Source: a virus. Taken from it: a DNA stretch of 64,000 nucleotides. The translations under genes were made by a program, and so were the position numbers. A model generated the notes under the pieces. It saw nothing but the letters and a program-made list of their open reading frames with translations, did not search any database and was not told where the DNA came from. Location of the stretch: the IMG/VR virus record IMGVR_UViG_3300026521_000527, positions 64,001 to 128,000 of that record; one strand, 5' to 3'. Positions 48,001 through 57,255 of this stretch are shown piece by piece; position 1 is the first letter of the stretch, and every line of letters starts with the position of its first letter.

Positions 48001-48873
48001 TTATAAACTAAATGTATCGAAATCACCCATAGGTGATATCTTTTCACTGTATTCTATACTCGCTATCCCAACCATAGATACAGTTTTTATCCAAAATTCA
48101 TTGGACTCATTTTTCCAAAGCTCAAAAGAAAGTTCTTCGATTTTAGCAATTGGAAATGGATTAAATACTTTATATTGAGTAACCTCACCTTCGAAAGAAT
48201 TAAAAGTATGTTTAAAAGTTTCTTTATCAGTACTTATTGAATTAATTTTAAAAGCCCCTTCATTTTCAACTATATCTAGAATAAAGAATTGACTTTCTGC
48301 ATTTTTTTCAGATGTTTGAATGACCGCAACAACCTCTGGATGTACCTCAAAGCTATATATTTTTTGACCAAGATTAGGACGAGTAATTCTTGGCGCTGTT
48401 GTTTGATCAGGTTGAGGTAAAGCAACAGTATCCTTTGGAACCCCATCAACTAAACTTGAAATCAAATATCTATGTTGAGTATTATCTTGCACAAAGACAA
48501 CTTCATCACCACCAGTCACAAGTCTAAGCATCTTAATATTAAATTTTGGATCTATTATATCAAAATTATTTTCACCAAATAGTGTACTCATATCTGAGTA
48601 TAAAAAACCACCACCAGATATTGAACTCAGTTTCCCATTTTCAATTGAAATTATATCAGTCTTTGCCATATTTGCTGAAAGTGTTGCAAGAATTTTTGTA
48701 AATCCACCATAGGCCGATGATTTAATCCTACCTATAATTCTTTGATTTTCAGCATCCTGTACTTCAAAATCATCTTTAAGTTCTTCCCTTTCAGCAACTG
48801 TTACTGGAGCAGGCTCTATTTCATGAACCTGTCCTATGCCATCAAAATTTTCAATATCTGTTGTCATTTCCAT
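48001..48873 (-). CDS. Probable sliding clamp (T4 gp45-like)
   Basis: FDIIDPKFNIKMLRLV, TVALPQPDQTTAP and SFELW parallel gp45 segments as recalled; clamp loader 1.5 kb away. Confidence 0.5.
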   Translation of the reverse strand: MEMTTDIENFDGIGQVHEIEPAPVTVAEREELKDDFEVQDAENQRIIGRIKSSAYGGFTKILATLSANMAKTDIISIENGKLSSISGGGFLYSDMSTLFGENNFDIIDPKFNIKMLRLVTGGDEVVFVQDNTQHRYLISSLVDGVPKDTVALPQPDQTTAPRITRPNLGQKIYSFEVHPEVVAVIQTSEKNAESQFFILDIVENEGAFKINSISTDKETFKHTFNSFEGEVTQYKVFNPFPIAKIEELSFELWKNESNEFWIKTVSMVGIASIEYSEKISPMGDFDTFSL

Positions 48874-48914
48874 ATTAATCCTTTATATTTTATTTTTCGC
48901 ACAATTATATAATA

Positions 48915-49304
48915 TTATTTTTCAGAAGCATCGGCTGCCTCTATTTCGGCAGCCTTGCGTTTAAGTTGCTCTTCAACACTTTCATATTCTTCTAATCTTT
49001 TTACAGTATCATCTAAATAATCAAAATAGGCTTCTATGATTTCACGAGGAGGATATTCATGAATAACAACAACATGATTTTCTTTAAAATCAATCTCTGG
49101 TAAAAAATTCATGGTGTATACAAAATCAAAAGGCATTAATCCAATACTCCCAGACTCCGGATTTAAAGTCATTAACGCAGGTAACGACATATTATAGCTA
49201 CCATCTTCCCTTTGAAAGACTTCACCAATAACCATTTCACCAGTCACGAGTTTTAAAATTTTTAATATTGCTTCATTTTCATCATGTGTTTTAATTTCTT
49301 GCAT
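48915..49304 (-). CDS. Sm-like small phage protein
   Basis: ILKLVTGEMVIGEV N-terminal pattern common to T4-like small proteins. Confidence 0.4.
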   Translation of the reverse strand: MQEIKTHDENEAILKILKLVTGEMVIGEVFQREDGSYNMSLPALMTLNPESGSIGLMPFDFVYTMNFLPEIDFKENHVVVIHEYPPREIIEAYFDYLDDTVKRLEEYESVEEQLKRKAAEIEAADASEK

Positions 49305-49333
49305 TATTTTCCTTCATTTTTATAAAATATATT

Positions 49334-49648
49334 TTAGTAATTCATATGAATTACATTATTATTGATGGTAAAAGAAACTGTTGGGATATTCGCGATTGGA
49401 TCTTTTACCCTCTCTCTAATTATCACAGGCATTGCTCTAAAATACAATTGTCTCACAAATGAAAGTATATTTGAGTCCTGAATTGGATAATTATTTTTAA
49501 TTTCATCTATTGATATTTTTTCATTGATAAAAATATTCTCAGCGTCCGAAGCAGTGACCAATTGTTTATTATTTATTTTAACTGATTGTAAATTTTTACC
49601 AAACTGAATAATCATTTCAATAGTTTCGTCTTTTGAAAGATTCCTCAA
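49334..49648 (-). CDS. Hypothetical protein
   Basis: 104-aa ORF. Confidence 0.6.
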   Translation of the reverse strand: MRNLSKDETIEMIIQFGKNLQSVKINNKQLVTASDAENIFINEKISIDEIKNNYPIQDSNILSFVRQLYFRAMPVIIRERVKDPIANIPTVSFTINNNVIHMNY

Positions 49649-49666
49649 GAACTTCTCCTTTATAAC

Positions 49667-50149
49667 TTATATTGTGCGTGTAATAGTAAAACTATTTTTA
49701 ACTGTTGGTTTAATGCCAGCAATAATATCATTTTCCAACTTGCGAATGAAAGCATAAATTAAATCATCTGTCTTTATTCGAATATTTTTAATTTCTTTAG
49801 TTTCTGAGTTCATAATATCAAGAGATATTTCAGAACTTGATGCATGAACATCAGTCATTCTAATAATAAAATATTTTTCAAATGCATTTGATTTTGGTGC
49901 TTTATTTGAATTTACTAAAGCAATTACTGGCTTCATCCCAATGGATTCATCCAATTTTTCAATAAAATTTGATGAATAAATTAATTTTAATATCTCATCA
50001 TCAACTGAATACCAATCAATGGTTTCGTAACAATTTTCTGTCTTTTTAATTTTGAATGTCCAAGTCTTTTGCTCGACACGGCATTTAAGATACTTTCTCA
50101 GTGATTTGAATAGTTTCTTATCAGCTTTTGTAAGTTTAATGTTTTTCAT
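49667..50149 (-). CDS. Paralog-family protein, single domain (copy A)
   Basis: Termini near-identical to 50216..50701. Confidence 0.8.
   Translation of the reverse strand: MKNIKLTKADKKLFKSLRKYLKCRVEQKTWTFKIKKTENCYETIDWYSVDDEILKLIYSSNFIEKLDESIGMKPVIALVNSNKAPKSNAFEKYFIIRMTDVHASSSEISLDIMNSETKEIKNIRIKTDDLIYAFIRKLENDIIAGIKPTVKNSFTITRTI
50070..50140. repeat. 71-bp exact direct repeat (second copy 50613..50683)
   Basis: Encodes IKLTKADKKLFKSLRKYLKCRVEQ in both genes; a second ~75-bp near-identical block lies at about 49682-49757 / 50237-50312. Confidence 0.9.
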
Positions 50150-50190
50150 AATCTTCCTTTAAAAATAAAATAAAATAAAAATAAAATAAA

Positions 50191-50216
50191 AATAAAACCC
50201 CAAGAGGGGTTTTATT
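50191..50216 (-). terminator. Intrinsic terminator
   Basis: aataaaacccc-aaga-ggggttttatt followed by a long (TTTTA)n run on the minus strand. Confidence 0.75.
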
Positions 50217-50701
50217 TATTGTGGTAGTGCAAAGACAATAGCAAAACTATTTTTAACTGTTGGTTTAATGCCAGCAATAATATCATTTTCCAACTTACGA
50301 ATGAAAGCATAAGCTAGATTTTCAATCGGAATTTTAATTTTGAATGGTTTATCATTGCTATCCTTTCCGGATGATACAATTATAGATAACTGTTTTGATT
50401 TTTTATGTATTTTTACAACTTCTAAAATCAATACTTTCTTAAATACATTTGGCTCCTTTTGTGATTTTAATACAATATAAGGTTTGGGGAAATTTGCATC
50501 AAATAAATTCTCTTTAATAAAAGAAGATTCATAGATGCAATTGATAACTTCATTATCAATTGCAGAGTCTTCAACTATTTTTCCATCTTTTAATTTAAAA
50601 GAGACTATACCCTGCTCGACACGGCATTTAAGATACTTTCTCAGTGATTTGAATAGTTTCTTATCAGCTTTTGTAAGTTTAATAAAATCATTGTTTTTCA
50701 T
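50216..50701 (-). CDS. Paralog-family protein, single domain (copy B)
   Basis: Termini near-identical to 49667..50149. Confidence 0.8.
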   Translation of the reverse strand: MKNNDFIKLTKADKKLFKSLRKYLKCRVEQGIVSFKLKDGKIVEDSAIDNEVINCIYESSFIKENLFDANFPKPYIVLKSQKEPNVFKKVLILEVVKIHKKSKQLSIIVSSGKDSNDKPFKIKIPIENLAYAFIRKLENDIIAGIKPTVKNSFAIVFALPQ

Positions 50702-50719
50702 AATCTTCCTTTAAAGTTT

Positions 50720-52033
50720 TTATTTAATTATATTTTTTAATCCGTCCATTATGTCATTAACAACTTCAGTTAAAACATCTTCAGTTTCCTTTTTTTTTAC
50801 GATGAACATTGGATTATCTGATTCTCCAGTAATGAGTTCCATTTCGACAAATCTTATAACATCCAGCGCGAATTCTTTAGGAGTTAATCTAAATTTTTCA
50901 ACACCTCTTTTTGATGTTTCAATAGAACCAACCATTGTTCCAGTTGATTGATCTAGATCAACATCAATAATTTTTGCACGAAGGAAAACTTCTACACCTT
51001 CATCAGTTTTATGTTTTTTAGCGATCAATCCGACGAAATTATTGCTATGTTTATAAGATGTATGTATCGCACTACAAATTTTTGCAAATAATGTCTGGTC
51101 AAATTCAATTCCGGTATCTTTTATTTTTCCTTTTTTAGAAATTTTAAAAGTCCCTTTTTTATTATCAACCATTTTTTTGATTTCTGGGACTATTTCAGAC
51201 ATAACCTCTTTGACAAAAACTGAAACAGCCATATCATCTTTAATCGTATCTGGCTCTGGCATTTTACCTAAATCTTTTTTAAGATTTGGGATAAGTTTAT
51301 CAGATATAGTTTTTATCATTTGCTCATGATTATTATCCGGCTCGATGATATTTTTAACAACACAATGAATTTTTAATGCTTTTGCGTGCATAAATTCATC
51401 GTTGGTCATAACTATAATCCTACCTTCAGTTGGGCAGAAGATCTCAACTCTATTTTCATCTACACTGTAATCTACAATAATCATTGTGGAAACTGCAACT
51501 TGGTCATTTTTTATTTCAACTGCAAGTTTTAATGAGTCACCAACTTTAACCTGACTTGAGGTAAGTTCTTTTGTAACTTCAACTAACTCTTTTGGTAAAT
51601 CAGTTGGATCTTTTGGAAAATTTTCCCAAAAATCTTCTGGATTATCAAGGACTAAGAGTTTAAAATCATCTTTAAATTCAGTTGTTCTGAAATATTCAGT
51701 CCACTTCATGATATGTGCATAGACTGCATGTGATATTTTATCTTTCATCCCAATTAACTTTTCCTTCACATTGGCTGACATTTTAACATTACCTTTTTTA
51801 GTAAGTTTAAATGTTGTTTTACAGATAAATACTGGAATCATATCTGGTATATCAATTTCACTCGTATGTAATGGAAAAACTGTTTCTACAGTTAGTGAAC
51901 CACCAGCAGCAACTAAAGCTTTCTTTAGATTTTTGAATCTTTTTTTAGCTTTATTTATATTCACATCATCTGGTGAAAATGTAAGTCCTAATCTTTCAGC
52001 GTCGTGTCTTTTAATAGTTATAATCTTATCCAT
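50720..52033 (-). CDS. Paralog-family protein, multi-domain
   Basis: Shares FKNLKK.L, CPT....I, TFKISKKGKIK and VIRFVEME blocks with 52118..53308. Confidence 0.8.
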   Translation of the reverse strand: MDKIITIKRHDAERLGLTFSPDDVNINKAKKRFKNLKKALVAAGGSLTVETVFPLHTSEIDIPDMIPVFICKTTFKLTKKGNVKMSANVKEKLIGMKDKISHAVYAHIMKWTEYFRTTEFKDDFKLLVLDNPEDFWENFPKDPTDLPKELVEVTKELTSSQVKVGDSLKLAVEIKNDQVAVSTMIIVDYSVDENRVEIFCPTEGRIIVMTNDEFMHAKALKIHCVVKNIIEPDNNHEQMIKTISDKLIPNLKKDLGKMPEPDTIKDDMAVSVFVKEVMSEIVPEIKKMVDNKKGTFKISKKGKIKDTGIEFDQTLFAKICSAIHTSYKHSNNFVGLIAKKHKTDEGVEVFLRAKIIDVDLDQSTGTMVGSIETSKRGVEKFRLTPKEFALDVIRFVEMELITGESDNPMFIVKKKETEDVLTEVVNDIMDGLKNIIK

Positions 52034-52083
52034 TTTTTGCTCCTTTTAATGTCTAAAGTTTATTAAAAATTTAAAATAATTTT

Positions 52084-52116
52084 TGGATGGCTCTTCAGAC
52101 TCTGAAGAGCCATCCA
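52084..52116. repeat. Perfect inverted repeat, 16-bp arms, 1-nt spacer
   Basis: tggatggctcttcaga-c-tctgaagagccatcca, 1 bp from a stop codon. Confidence 0.95.
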
Positions 52117-52117
52117 C

Positions 52118-53308
52118 CTAAACTAGAGAATATTCGATAAATCTAATATCTTTAACCTTTGATAAAAACTCCATCTCAATATATCTTACGAGAGACATTA
52201 CAAAATCATTATTTGTCATCACAAAGGACTCATTGTTATTTTTAATACCAGACACAGCATTATTTTCAAAAGATAATTTTGATAGTTTTACACAATTAAA
52301 TGTTTTATTATCCTTTGATTTTTCAGCGATAAATACACTAGCTCCAACAACATCACTGCTTGTTTTGGCAATTGAAAAAACACTTGCCAAAAGATTGGTA
52401 TTTGGCTCCCATATGTATTTTATTTTTCCTTTTTTAGAAATTTTAAAAGTTGGGTTTTTGTCAATAACTCTTACAACCTCTGATATAACCTCAGATTCGA
52501 TTTTTTTTAGGCTTGGGATTTTATCAGCCTGTGTTGCATCTGGCGACAATTTTGAATCTTTAGTTAGGTTAAAGCCTAATTTTTTTATGATAGATTTCAA
52601 AGCTTCGTCAGAATCTGACGAAGCTTTAACCAAATCGTTAACCATTAAATGTTTATTTAATAGGACTGCATGGATGAACTCATTTTTATCGAACTTGATT
52701 ATTGTCGCATCTGTCGGACAGAATACTTCAATCTGATTTTTTTTATCTTTGATTTTATATATAATAACATCAAAAGAAACTAAAATCCCATTTCCAATAT
52801 CCGCTGCAATTTTTATCCGGTTTCCTATATCATCCGATGTGTATTTTTTAAGTTCAATCATTTTTAATTCCTCTGGAATATCTTCAACTCTCTTTGGAAA
52901 GTTGTCATATAATTCATTGTATAACTCATTACTCACTTCAATTTTTTTGAAAGTGTTTTCTAAATAACCAGTTCTTAGAAAAGTCGTCCAGCTGATCAAA
53001 TTGCCAAAAAGTTGCTCGGTTAACACACCTACACTAAGTTCTGAATCATTAGCATAAATCTCATAAATTAATTCATCTTTTTTTTTGGTAATTGTCATCT
53101 TACCTAAAATAACAGTTACCATTTCTTCAGATTCTTTATAAAATGGCAGGCAAATTTCAATATCTAAGATATTGTCCTTAACTCTTTTAAGAATTTTTTT
53201 TAGGTTTTTAAAACCATCTCTTGATTCTTGATTACATTCGAATTGAATAGTAGTTGGGCTCAAACCATTTTGAATTGCTACATCAAGAGGTATTTTAATT
53301 ACTTGCAT
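52118..53308 (-). CDS. Paralog-family protein, multi-domain
   Basis: Colinear similarity with 50720..52033. Confidence 0.8.
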   Translation of the reverse strand: MQVIKIPLDVAIQNGLSPTTIQFECNQESRDGFKNLKKILKRVKDNILDIEICLPFYKESEEMVTVILGKMTITKKKDELIYEIYANDSELSVGVLTEQLFGNLISWTTFLRTGYLENTFKKIEVSNELYNELYDNFPKRVEDIPEELKMIELKKYTSDDIGNRIKIAADIGNGILVSFDVIIYKIKDKKNQIEVFCPTDATIIKFDKNEFIHAVLLNKHLMVNDLVKASSDSDEALKSIIKKLGFNLTKDSKLSPDATQADKIPSLKKIESEVISEVVRVIDKNPTFKISKKGKIKYIWEPNTNLLASVFSIAKTSSDVVGASVFIAEKSKDNKTFNCVKLSKLSFENNAVSGIKNNNESFVMTNNDFVMSLVRYIEMEFLSKVKDIRFIEYSLV

Positions 53309-53392
53309 CTTTTTCCTTTAATTTTTTTAATCTTATTTTATTTAATCATATACTACATATTACCTTATTTTTTTAATAAATAAAAAAAATTT

Positions 53393-53430
53393 GGGGATGT
53401 CTACATGAAACTAAGTTCATGCAAATCCCC
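53393..53430 (-). terminator. Imperfect stem-loop with U-run
   Basis: ggggat...catgaa/ttcatg...atcccc, followed by a T-run on the minus strand. Confidence 0.55.
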
Positions 53431-53488
53431 GGATATTAATGTAATGTATGTGTGTATGTATGTGTCGAAATTAGAATTCTAGTCTAGA

Positions 53489-53671
53489 TTAGAATCCTGA
53501 TTTCGCTCTCCCTTGAATGCTTTGGCCGCTTTGGCGTGTAATCGTTACACCACCAGCTGATGGTGCTGAAGCTTGAGCTCCACTACCAGTTGGTGCACCA
53601 GATGTTGCTGCTTGTGCTCCTGTAGCTGCTGTTGCTGCCGCGATCATATCTTGCATATTTACACTTGCCAT
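53489..53671 (-). CDS. 60-aa Ala/Gly/Ser/Thr-rich peptide
   Basis: MASVNMQDMIAAATAATGAQ...; AAAGGA RBS; GCT/GCA/GGT-rich codons. Confidence 0.65.
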   Translation of the reverse strand: MASVNMQDMIAAATAATGAQAATSGAPTGSGAQASAPSAGGVTITRQSGQSIQGRAKSGF

Positions 53672-53690
53672 GTAATATCCTTTAAAAAAA

Positions 53691-53749
53691 ATTAGACGGA
53701 AGAGTTGATTTCTTAGCAAAAAAATCAACAGATAACTCTTCCGTCTAAT
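53691..53749. other. 16-bp perfect inverted repeat with 27-nt structured spacer
   Basis: attagacggaagagtt / aactcttccgtctaat; a T-run follows on the minus strand, just before the RBS. Confidence 0.9.
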
Positions 53750-53756
53750 AATATTA

Positions 53757-53785
53757 TTTATATACTATCCGAAAGTTATTCTAAA
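53757..53785 (-). promoter_or_regulatory. Bipartite motif TTTAGAATAA-N9-AGTATATAAA, copy 3
   Basis: Intergenic; boxes identical to copies 1 and 2. Confidence 0.55.
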
Positions 53786-53801
53786 ATATATTTTGATAGT
53801 T

Positions 53802-55439
53802 TTATTCGATTGAAACTATATTAAGCATTAATTTTCTACTGGATCCAAAAGTATCTTCACCTAGCTTAAAATATATAGAATATTCTTTATTAATCTCAGG
53901 TACTTCCGATGTAAAAAACTTCATCGCTTTGAACTTAATTAATTTATTTTTATCGGATAACTCCAAACTAAGATGATTTTTACCTTTACCTATTAATTTG
54001 GCTTTTGTAATTATTGCTTCTGTTCTGAAAATTGGTCTCTCATAATCTTTTCCAAAAGGTTCAAACATTTTCAATGAATCATACAATGAAATATCTAGAT
54101 AATTGAACGGAATAAACCCTATTGATTTTATATCGGATTTAAACATTTCCTTGGGAATTCTTGCGCTTTTATCTAGTAATTCTTTATAAAAATTATCAAA
54201 ATTTTCTAAAGTTACCGTTATCCCCAAAGCCTGTTTATGTCCACCAACTTGCTTAACGTATTTATTATCTCTAAGAATTTCAAGTATATTGATTTTTCCA
54301 GCGGTTCGTCCACTACCAGAATACTCTTGGGTATCCGGATTAAAATTAAAAACTATTGCTGGCTTATTATATTTCTCTACAAGTTTTGATGCAACAATTC
54401 CTGCTACACTTTTATATTCTTTATGAAATCTTCCAGGAATAATTATAAAATCTTTATCAAAATATTGTCTGTAATGTTTTTCAACGTATTCAAATAAATC
54501 ATTTTGAATTTTTTTGCGTGTATCATTGACCTGTTTTAAATAATTGAACCACTCTAAACTTTTTTCCTCAGTTTCTTGAATCATAAATAGGGCACCGTGA
54601 TCTGCCTTTGTAATTCTTTGAGTAGCATTTATCATCGGAGTTAGATTAAAAGCAATGTCCTCGGCCGTTGGGGAATCGGATACAAACTTTCTAAATGTTT
54701 TAAAATAAATTCTTTCAATTGAGTTCTTTTGAACTCCAGTGGTTAAACTTTTTACCACAAATCTATTTAGATGTCTATCAATAGGCATCACATCACTTAT
54801 TGTAGTTAATCCTAATTCAGGTAAGAATTCATTAAATAAATTAACATTTAATCCAAGACGTTCACAAATTGCCTTTAAAAAAAACCACAATACAAACGTT
54901 CCACTAATATCTTTATATTTAAAATTGTCTCCAGGTATGTGTGGATCGACTATTGCTGGTGTATCAGGTAACCCCAATTCTAAATCTGGTTGATGGTGAT
55001 CTGTAATTATAACATTCGCTCCCATTTCACGAGCTTTCCTAGTTGCATCAACACTTGTAATTCCATTATCTGCAGTTATGTATAAACTAACATCTTCAGT
55101 TACATGCGATGGTAAAAATCCATAACCTTGCTTTCTATCAGTTATTATAAACTCAACATATTGATACTTAAAATGTTTTAAAAAGAAATTCCAAAAAAGT
55201 GTATAAGTTCCTAATCCATCACAATCACTATCACATATGCATTTTATTTTCTTATTATTACTAATTGCTTCGACAAAATAATCAACAGCTATTTGCATAT
55301 TCTTTAAATCAAAAGGATCTGGGAATTGATCCAATGATTCAATCTGATCTGGGTGTAATTTATTTTTTAAAATTTCTTCAATATCATCAATTGAATTAAT
55401 TATTATTTCTTTTTCTTTTTGCGTAGTATTATTGTCCAT
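53802..55439 (-). CDS. recJ: Single-stranded-DNA-specific exonuclease RecJ
   Basis: CDSDCDG, TADNG, ITDHH, GSGR, GGH..ALG, EPFG. Confidence 0.93.
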   Translation of the reverse strand: MDNNTTQKEKEIIINSIDDIEEILKNKLHPDQIESLDQFPDPFDLKNMQIAVDYFVEAISNNKKIKCICDSDCDGLGTYTLFWNFFLKHFKYQYVEFIITDRKQGYGFLPSHVTEDVSLYITADNGITSVDATRKAREMGANVIITDHHQPDLELGLPDTPAIVDPHIPGDNFKYKDISGTFVLWFFLKAICERLGLNVNLFNEFLPELGLTTISDVMPIDRHLNRFVVKSLTTGVQKNSIERIYFKTFRKFVSDSPTAEDIAFNLTPMINATQRITKADHGALFMIQETEEKSLEWFNYLKQVNDTRKKIQNDLFEYVEKHYRQYFDKDFIIIPGRFHKEYKSVAGIVASKLVEKYNKPAIVFNFNPDTQEYSGSGRTAGKINILEILRDNKYVKQVGGHKQALGITVTLENFDNFYKELLDKSARIPKEMFKSDIKSIGFIPFNYLDISLYDSLKMFEPFGKDYERPIFRTEAIITKAKLIGKGKNHLSLELSDKNKLIKFKAMKFFTSEVPEINKEYSIYFKLGEDTFGSSRKLMLNIVSIE

Positions 55440-55482
55440 CTTTATTATTTTCCTTAATGATAAATTTTAAGCACAGGAGGGT

Positions 55483-55513
55483 TAGAGTGTTGTGGCTTAG
55501 CCACAACACTCTA
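55483..55513. repeat. Perfect inverted repeat, 15-bp arms, 1-nt spacer, flanked by GCACAGGAGG
   Basis: tagagtgttgtggct-t-agccacaacactcta, overlapping a stop codon. Confidence 0.95.
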
Positions 55514-56017
55514 TTCAAATAAATTACTTACCGGATGGAAACTATGATAATTTTTACAATTAACACAATAAGTTAATCCATCTTTATAATACTGTTCAGA
55601 TTCTGAAATCCCATGTCTAGGATTATCTGGAATTTTATTACCATCATCGTCTTCAGTATATCTTTGACTTTCTTCAAGCTCTTCAGTTTTTCCTTCAATT
55701 ACTTCCTGATAACTAAATTTATTTCTTAAAGGATATGGTGAATTAATATCGATTATGTATCCACATTTACCATAATATAAATTCTCAATCCCGTCTATAG
55801 AATCATTATCTAATAATTTAATAGGGAACCTTTCATTATAAATTCTATTTTCTGGTAAAGTAACGGTGATATTCATATCTGATGTTTTAAAATCAATAAG
55901 CGCAACTCTTTTATTAGCAACTGCTTTATATTTATAAAGAACTTGTTGATTAAGTTTTTCTTTATTTAAACCTAATGTTTCTAATATTGAATCCAAATCT
56001 TTAAATACTGCTGTCAA
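55511..56017 (-). CDS. Hypothetical protein with C-terminal CxxC..H
   Basis: 168-aa ORF. Confidence 0.65.
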   Translation of the reverse strand: MTAVFKDLDSILETLGLNKEKLNQQVLYKYKAVANKRVALIDFKTSDMNITVTLPENRIYNERFPIKLLDNDSIDGIENLYYGKCGYIIDINSPYPLRNKFSYQEVIEGKTEELEESQRYTEDDDGNKIPDNPRHGISESEQYYKDGLTYCVNCKNYHSFHPVSNLFE

Positions 56018-56026
56018 TTTAACTCC

Positions 56027-56710
56027 TTATATATTTTCTGGGTCGACTTCGTTATATTTTTCCAATAATGCTAAGAATTTTTCCATATCTGTATTTGATA
56101 TAATTTCTTTAAAAATGCCAAGAAAATAATTTCTTTTCTTTATATGATCATCTAGTAAATTTACACTTGATTCAACTAATGTTTTCTTTGCGACTTTTTC
56201 AAAAGCAGCCAATGTTGTCACAAAATTATCAACTCTATTTATCTCATCATCAATTATATCTAAAATATCTATCCGTAGTTGAATTAACCCGTTAATATTA
56301 TCATCTTTTAATTCTAATAAATAATCGTTAAGATCATCATACCCCTTATTTTTCAAAAATTGTTTAAGTATCTGAAATGGAAAAAAGAACATGATAAAAT
56401 TTATAAATTTTTTTAAAAAAAGAATTTTCTCATCTGGGTTTGCAAAATATCTGACCAAATCATCATATTCGATATCAATATAATATTCATCCAAATTCTG
56501 AAGCCAAGGTTCAAATGCTGCTTTATACCACCATTCAAACTCACCTTGGGTCATATTATCAATATCATCTTCGAATAGATAATAATTAAAATTTTTAATA
56601 TCAAAATCTCTAAGATATTTTAATTCATGAACCATTAAAATTGCTTCATCTTCAGTTGGTTTTTCCAAACCAACTGAATTAATTCCCTCATTATCCATAT
56701 AAAAAACCAT
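56027..56710 (-). CDS. Hypothetical acidic helical protein
   Basis: 227-aa ORF. Confidence 0.65.
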   Translation of the reverse strand: MVFYMDNEGINSVGLEKPTEDEAILMVHELKYLRDFDIKNFNYYLFEDDIDNMTQGEFEWWYKAAFEPWLQNLDEYYIDIEYDDLVRYFANPDEKILFLKKFINFIMFFFPFQILKQFLKNKGYDDLNDYLLELKDDNINGLIQLRIDILDIIDDEINRVDNFVTTLAAFEKVAKKTLVESSVNLLDDHIKKRNYFLGIFKEIISNTDMEKFLALLEKYNEVDPENI

Positions 56711-56763
56711 CTTTATCCTTTTTAGTATTATTTATATAGAAGTCTAAACCAACTCTATATTAA

Positions 56764-57255
56764 TTATTTCATCTCTTTCTTAAGAATTTTTATCCAAGTA
56801 TCATATGCTTGATATTTTTTAAAGAAATTATAAAAAGCTTTCGCGTTAAATTCTTTTTCTGTCTTATTAAAATAATGTTCCTCGATAAAATCAAAATAAA
56901 CTTCACATAAATCCTCAACATATAAAGAAGATTCATTATCTGGTCCATAAATTAAATTATACAATTTAGGATAATCTTTATATTTATTTTTTAAATGCAT
57001 GAGATTTTTCTTGAGTCCTAAAATACTCTTTTGACTAATAAGGCCTTCAAGAAGCATGAATTCAAAACAGAATCCAGCAGCAATTGTATCCCAAATTACA
57101 TCATCTGGTTGTTTTTTTGAGTCAGGTCTAAACGATGTCTTGCAATCATCATCAGACGTTTCGGCAATCATTTTTTTCTCATTTACCTTAAGCTTAATAT
57201 TATTTCTTCTTTTTTCTATAATATCATCTATCTTTTTAATTAAACCTTTTAACAT
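56764..57255 (-). CDS. Hypothetical protein
   Basis: 163-aa ORF with GGAGG RBS. Confidence 0.65.
   Translation of the reverse strand: MLKGLIKKIDDIIEKRRNNIKLKVNEKKMIAETSDDDCKTSFRPDSKKQPDDVIWDTIAAGFCFEFMLLEGLISQKSILGLKKNLMHLKNKYKDYPKLYNLIYGPDNESSLYVEDLCEVYFDFIEEHYFNKTEKEFNAKAFYNFFKKYQAYDTWIKILKKEMK

Noticed and set aside
53431-53466. TATG/TG microsatellite
   Set aside because: Short and imperfect; recorded only as the linker of the 60-aa peptide unit.
5350-55513. Palindromes as integron attC sites or REP/MITE copies
   Set aside because: They lack correctly oriented RYYYAAC/GTTRRRY cores and extrahelical bases, the arms are mostly unrelated, and no integrase or transposase is visible.
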